From NCBI GenBank assembly GCA_000091205.1, contig AP006500.2: DNA of 64,000 bases. The stretch is one strand, 5' to 3'. Origin of the DNA: Cyanidioschyzon merolae (Eukaryota). Of the stretch, positions 58,844 through 64,000 are shown in pieces. The position numbers and the translations under genes are program-made. The notes below the pieces were generated by a model. The model saw nothing but the letters and a program-made list of their open reading frames with translations. It was not told the origin of the DNA and searched no databases. The stretch's first letter is position 1. Every line of letters begins with the position of its first letter.

Positions 58844-60799
58844 CAGGTGCGCCCCTTGGGACTAGAGACGTCCGGACACAACACGTTTCCAGACCCGCAA
58901 GCGAGGCCTGTCGAGGTGCTTCAACCAGCTCCGTCCGGTATGCCTTGTGATGGGTGAAAAACCAACGTACAAGCAGACCGTAAGCTTAAGCTCAAACGAG
59001 TCCACCGGAGCGCGGCTCTCGACTCTCGGCTCTCTATACGCTAGTTTCAGAATGCTTAGAAACGCGACGTTTTCCGGCCGTCGATGCAGGGCGCCCGGCC
59101 GCACAACGCTGTGGCGATCATATTCTGCGATACGTGTGCGTGCATACGTGCGTGCATACGTGCGTGCGTGCGTCGCCGCAGAGGCAAGCGACGGCGTCGG
59201 GGCGAGCGCATCGCGCATCGCTCAGCTTCGGCGGCTTCTGTCTCTATTTTCATATAATGAACAAACAAATACAGTTTTGAACAGGTGACGCTTCCCATGG
59301 GTATGCTGTGGCGGCGGAGGCGCTGCCCTGCTGCTCCAGTGTCGCCTCGCAGACGCCTTGCGCAACGATGATGGACCACGAAGATGGCTGAATAATGCGC
59401 TGCGAACCCTTTACAGGTGAATTCGATAGATGGTATCGCAACGCGGTGCTTGTTCGAGCAGCTGAGCGATGAGTACTTCACTGGTCTCTATGCCGGCTAC
59501 GTGATGAGCATTGAAGCTACCCTCAAGTATCCGATACGTCAACACATGTGGTCGGAGGTGCAGTCAGCGCTCTGCGTAAACCATTCGAAACCATTCGAGA
59601 TTCAAGTATCGGGCTGGTGCATGGCTTTGACAGGGCACCTCTGGCGCCATGGGATCGAGGTGCTCGCCTGCGCGCGGGACGACTCGAGAAGCCACTATTT
59701 CCGCAAGCGAGGTCACTCCGGAAAAGAAATCGCGCAGCCAGAACGACCGAGTGGAAGCTCACGGATCACGAGGAGCACCCAAGTGGTCTTTGATCTATCG
59801 ATCGAAGGACTTGAGTATCCTAAACCCTGCCTCGCTATGGATTGATGTTCGCGTTCGGGAGGTCCGGCTCTTCGAAGCTAGGCTGTGATGCCATAGAATC
59901 TCTTGCCTTTTCATGTATATGAGATCACATGAAGCAGGTTCAATAACGCAATGCATCGCTGTACGCGTATAAAGTACCCTGCTGTTTTCACGTGACCATA
60001 TATGGCGACAGCTTTTGGAAATGTGGATGAAGTGCGACGAAAACGCACGTCTTCTGGGAAGCTGCCGCGTTGCCTGCTCGTTTCTCGCAGACGGACTTGA
60101 GGGCGGACTCGCTCAGGCGGTATCGCGTTGCTCCAGCAACGCTGATGCCTGACGCTGTATTCGAGGTGCTTGTGCTGTTTGCTTTTACACTGTCGTGGAC
60201 TGTCGTACGATATCGCAAGAGACTTCAACGTGCACTCGAGTCGGAGATACGTGTACGCGTAGATCGTACCGAACGAGACACTGCAAGCGAAACAGCTCTT
60301 GTGTGATCGCAATCAGTCAGCTGGGTTGTCCCTTTATTGATCAGCTCGTCTCGTGAAGTGCGCCATATTTCAGTGAGCTGCAGTAGACTTAGAGTGTGAT
60401 CAGGCGCTCAGACTTTGAACGCAAAGCTGGCGCGGTGCGGTCTTTACGTCACCGGCGTACAAGTCGCCGAGAAGCGGCCAGTGCAACACGCAGCCAGTGC
60501 CGCCGCACCGAACATCATTATGAACGGCACCGACGACAATCAAAAAGAGACGGAGGTCTGCGCTTAGCGACACTGTTTCTGGACGGGGCAGCTTGACGCC
60601 CAGCTACCCTGGAAACCGAAAAAACACTCTTGTCGAACGGAATAGGCTGCTTCGTTTCGGGCTCACCCATGGAACGGTTTGCGAACGCCAGCGCGGCTAG
60701 TTTTCCTGTTCTGCAATCGCTGCCTACCAGAAACCCTAGTATGTTGATTTGTGCAATCAATCACCGGATCACATGCTTTTGAAACTTTACCAGTGAAAC

Positions 60800-61720
60800 A
60801 ATGATTCCAGTAACACGTTCTCTTCGCAATTTATCCGCAGTATGGAGAGAGAACCCGGTACGAATCCACCTGAGGTCTGGAGGCACCGCAGCTGCAACAT
60901 TCGCGTCTGCGTTGCTGCAACACCATCACCGATCCGTGTACGAAAGAGGCGGGCGCTACCCAAAGCATCACGTGCAACCACGATACAATTCAATAGAGTA
61001 GGCAGCGCTTTTCTTGAAAATCTGCCTATCATGCGTGCCCTGAGGTTATTCATCATTTCGAAAGCGCAGCATCGCAGACAGCATGCAGACAACGAATGCA
61101 AGCACAGTTTGGCTGCCTAGCACGCTTTCGTTCCATCCAGCGTAACTTGGGTTTAAGGTCGAATCACCCATCCAATGTCGTTACGAGCACCACACGGAAT
61201 ACCAGTTCGCAAGAAGAACAAGCCTTAATCGTTGTCACCAGTCGCGAGACGCGAAGGTCCACGACTCGAACCCGTTGTGCGCATACCGCATTTGGCAAAG
61301 GACGCCTCTGGGTGGGAAGTCTGCCCCTCTCATCATGCAGGCTGCTTCGGATGATCCGCTGTGTCCACGGTATCTAAAGCAGGGTCCATGACCTTTCACT
61401 GCTCCAGAATCATCCATGTAATTTCGTGCGCTGGCCATCCCGACGCTCCACTGAACGCTTCTGCACCGCAACGCCTCGACACTTTGTCATGCCGTCGACG
61501 ACCAGTACCGCAACGAGCGCACAACTACAGGAGCCACGAACACAGGGCCGCTCGGGCGCAGGTGCACCTGCACTGAGCGCACTCGAGAGCCGTTTCCCGC
61601 TTCCACTGTAGCCAGGTAGCACCACTGGTATAGGTACATGATCGATCGCGTATCCGTCTCGATCTAGGTACACAGGCGATGAGCGCAGTTCAGGGAAAAA
61701 GTCCATAGTCGAGTCGCTTC
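60800..61720 (+). repeat. Dispersed intergenic repeat family, copy F (degenerate, partial)
   Basis: ggtccacgactcgaacccgttgtgcgcataccgcatttggcaaaggacgcctctgggtggg ~ gaggtgactcgaatccgagtccaagctcccttgtcatgcaaacagaacagactggatcctctgggagcg (copy B). cactttgtcatgccgtcgacgaccag ~ acttttcgtcatgagcttctgaaacagtcgaccaag. It ends against the stop codon of the gene at 61721. Confidence 0.5.
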
Positions 61721-62905
61721 TCAGTCGCGCTTATCTTCCTCCGTCTGAGCACGTCCACGAGGCGTGTCCAAACGAGCGTACTCATATTGTTGACGCCACA
61801 TACGATCCCGGTCTCGAGCGTGTACAGCACGTGCAATAGCTGCATGCGTCGCCAAACGTCTATGCGGGGCGTAACGGTTCAAATAGTGAAAGGCCAGATG
61901 CGCCCCAATGGAGATCAAGCCGATCAAGAGCGCTGGACCGAGTTTGCTCATACGTGAATTGGGCAAGATGGTATCACCACGAAGGCCGGATAAATACACC
62001 AACTCGTCGTGGAGTTCATCGGTATATATGAGCAGGAAGTGGTTGCGATCCAGAATGTAGATGAGCCCAGAGCTCGCCGGTTGTGAGCCTCGTGTGTCCT
62101 GAGCGGTCTCGGCGCTTCTGGAAAGCGTCTCGTTGCCGACTGAAGCGTACTTCGGGCCCCAGATACCACTCTGCGGCAGTCGTTCCAGATCAAAGCGGAA
62201 CCACTCCACAAAGTCGGACTCTCTGGTGGGCATCGCGCCCCCGTCTGCCTCATCCGTATCCTTCAGGTCGTAGAACGTAAAGCGACCACGCCACGGGGCG
62301 TCCGTTTCCAGACGTATGAGACGAAACGGTGCGCTGGGAACGCGTTTTCCCCGTTCATCCTTAAACTCCATAGAGCCGCTCTCGATCCCGTCGGGAATGA
62401 GCCACTTTTCCAGCGCACCACGTGGCGGTGGCGGCTTATACGAGGCAACTTCGCGGACAGAGAGACGCGCTCGCCTCGCCGGCCAACGGCGGCTAGGGGG
62501 CAGTTTTCTGCCGCTCTGTCGCGAGAGAACACCGATGTCCACCGTCCATACGCCTGAGAGTGCTTCGCCGATGTCTTGGGGGTCAGGCTTCACGAAAATG
62601 TGGCCGAAGAAGTACGCGCTTCCGCCGACAGGCACGCGACTAGGCGCAGGTTGGGTTTCAGGCTCTGCTCGTTGTTCGTTTACAGCAGGCGCCTGCTGCA
62701 ATCCAGCGTCATTGGAGGGAGCGTCGGCTCTCACCGAACTGAACCACATCGAAACTGTCCACAACGAGAGCCACAAACAGAGTAGTGCGGCCAACGTTCG
62801 TAGCCGCAGCGTCGAAACCCGCCCAGACGCCAGTTGTCGAGGCATCTTGCGGGCGTTTTCCAGTGAGACTTTCGAGTTTAAAGAATAACCATCGTTGAGA
62901 AGCAT
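61721..62905 (-). CDS. Hypothetical membrane protein, 394 aa (N-terminal signal-anchor and C-terminal TM segment)
   Basis: Hydrophobic segment near the N-terminus (LRTLAALLCLWLSLWTVSMWF) and one near the C-terminus (LGPALLIGLISIGAHLAFHYL). No recognisable catalytic motifs; single intact ORF with normal composition. Confidence 0.5.
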   Translation of the reverse strand: MLLNDGYSLNSKVSLENARKMPRQLASGRVSTLRLRTLAALLCLWLSLWTVSMWFSSVRADAPSNDAGLQQAPAVNEQRAEPETQPAPSRVPVGGSAYFFGHIFVKPDPQDIGEALSGVWTVDIGVLSRQSGRKLPPSRRWPARRARLSVREVASYKPPPPRGALEKWLIPDGIESGSMEFKDERGKRVPSAPFRLIRLETDAPWRGRFTFYDLKDTDEADGGAMPTRESDFVEWFRFDLERLPQSGIWGPKYASVGNETLSRSAETAQDTRGSQPASSGLIYILDRNHFLLIYTDELHDELVYLSGLRGDTILPNSRMSKLGPALLIGLISIGAHLAFHYLNRYAPHRRLATHAAIARAVHARDRDRMWRQQYEYARLDTPRGRAQTEEDKRD

Positions 62906-63479
62906 AACACACAGCTGAAGATACCAAACAAGTATTCAAGAGCGAACGCTCCTAAGCGAAATGTCGGGTAAACGCAACGGACGATAGCGACGCTGGACAT
63001 GCGCCGTTTCAAACGCTTCGACGCTGGTACTGGGGATGCGGCGTGATGGTAGGCGGCATCAGAGCACATGCTTCTTAACTTGGTGTCATTTAGGAGATGG
63101 GACGGCAACGTATCTTTAGGAAAACTGGTGTCTATAGCGTGCCAGGCGGCAACTTGTGAGATCCCGACTGCACCTGATCCAATAACGGCTAGCAAGACGT
63201 CAAAAGTCGCAAGTCGAGCTGCACCGCGGTCAGTTGTGACGCGGGGCAGCTGCTGAGGTCCAACTCGTTGCGCACCATTTGTCACGATACCTTCAGCAGC
63301 TCAACGTGCTCGTGTCGAGGGTGAATAGGTCGATAACGAGAGCCATCGAAAGAGCTGCGAGACGCACGCGTCAGCACAGAAGCGCACAGAACCCAGATCT
63401 TTGATAGAACTTTGACGCGCTGGGCACGCGGGATGCGCTAGGTTCACGCTGCGTCTGCAACCGCATCTCCATATGGGGC

Positions 63480-64000
63480 TTGTTCGTTCATGAATCAGGC
63501 ACGTGAGACAAGCGGGCAGGCGCTTTCGTTTTTCGGATTCAGAGTGGACTCGCTTTGCGCTGCATATGTATCTGCATTTGCATGTCCCATGCCAATAACG
63601 TTATAGTTGCTGCTGACAACTGTGGCTTGGACTCGACCCCGGATAAAGAACGGCTTGCGAACTTGGATGAGTGCCTTGCGCTCGCTGAGGTTTGCACCGG
63701 GAGCCGTACAGCGTTCTTGCTGCACCTGCGGCTGCGGACTTGGGATCAGTTATAGCGCCCGGATCGTCGTTGCCGCTTCGTCGTTCCCGTTGCCAACAAG
63801 GAGAGACGGAGGTATTCATCCCAAAGTGATGCCGATGTTGCCGTGCATGTTCATCCGAGGATGCTAATGAAGGAAATCGCCTTTCTTCAGTTGCACTGTT
63901 TGGTCGCACGGCGTTGGTCCTCTGATCACGCTGGACGTCGGTGGCTGTGGCGTCAGCGACGCTCTGCTTCCCTCGAGGTGGTTGACACAAGGAGGCGACA
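63480..64000 (-). repeat. Dispersed intergenic repeat family, copy G (partial, reverse orientation, truncated by window end)
   Basis: The reverse complement of 63600-63660 reads ...ggggtcgagtccaagccacagttgtcagcagcaac, which aligns to the ..cgaatccgagtccaagctcccttgtcatgcaaacagaac block of copies A, B and D. Confidence 0.4.

Noticed and set aside
59417-59845. 142-aa + strand ORF (MNSIDGIATRCLFEQLSDEYFTGLYAGYVMSIE...)
   Set aside because: Reasonably complex N-terminal 60 aa but no recognisable family, and it becomes low-complexity. Not reported as a gene without transcript or homology support.
1-64000. Interpretation as a prokaryotic operon or defence island
   Set aside because: Genes alternate strands with kb-scale spacers and lack Shine-Dalgarno-like spacing. 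The protein families are eukaryote-specific (USP deubiquitinase, PCID2/CSN12, NOC3, Pumilio, ALG1, RAD51 with HhH N-domain), alongside microsatellites and minisatellites.

Overview
The window looks like a compact, GC-rich (about 57%, by eye) eukaryotic nuclear region with no visible introns. At least 15 protein-coding genes sit in single uninterrupted ORFs on alternating strands, roughly one gene per 4 kb. Recognisable products are listed here. (1) myo-inositol-3-phosphate synthase. (2) A Pumilio/PUF RNA-binding protein. (3) A lambda-exonuclease/YqaJ-type nuclease. (4) A CBR1-like short-chain dehydrogenase. (5) A PPR-like protein. (6) A PCID2/CSN12 PCI-domain protein. (7) A coiled-coil protein. 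(8) NOC3. (9) ALG1 mannosyltransferase. (10) A plant/plastid-type ferredoxin-NADP+ reductase with an N-terminal presequence. (11) RAD51. (12) A PAP2 lipid phosphatase. (13) An APC/PUT-type amino-acid/polyamine transporter. (14) A USP deubiquitinase. (15) A membrane protein of unknown function. The plastid-type FNR has a Phe-containing transit peptide; together with intronless, strand-alternating eukaryotic genes this suggests (inference only) a unicellular red alga of the Cyanidioschyzon type. The non-genic space is unusually structured. First, a 3.1-3.4 kb segment is present twice in direct orientation (1750-5192 and 14025-17097), bracketing the INO1-PUF gene pair. Each copy carries a (CAC)n(CAT)n microsatellite and a 78-bp tandem array (12 vs 7 units, with higher-order structure in copy I). 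Second, a diverged ~1.3 kb dispersed repeat family occurs in at least seven intergenic copies. Third, there is a 55-bp minisatellite, several microsatellites, a recurring TTCATGAA palindrome, and a tRNA-like T-arm/acceptor fragment with an oligo-T tract just upstream of ALG1. No prokaryotic-style system (CRISPR, operons, defence islands) is present.
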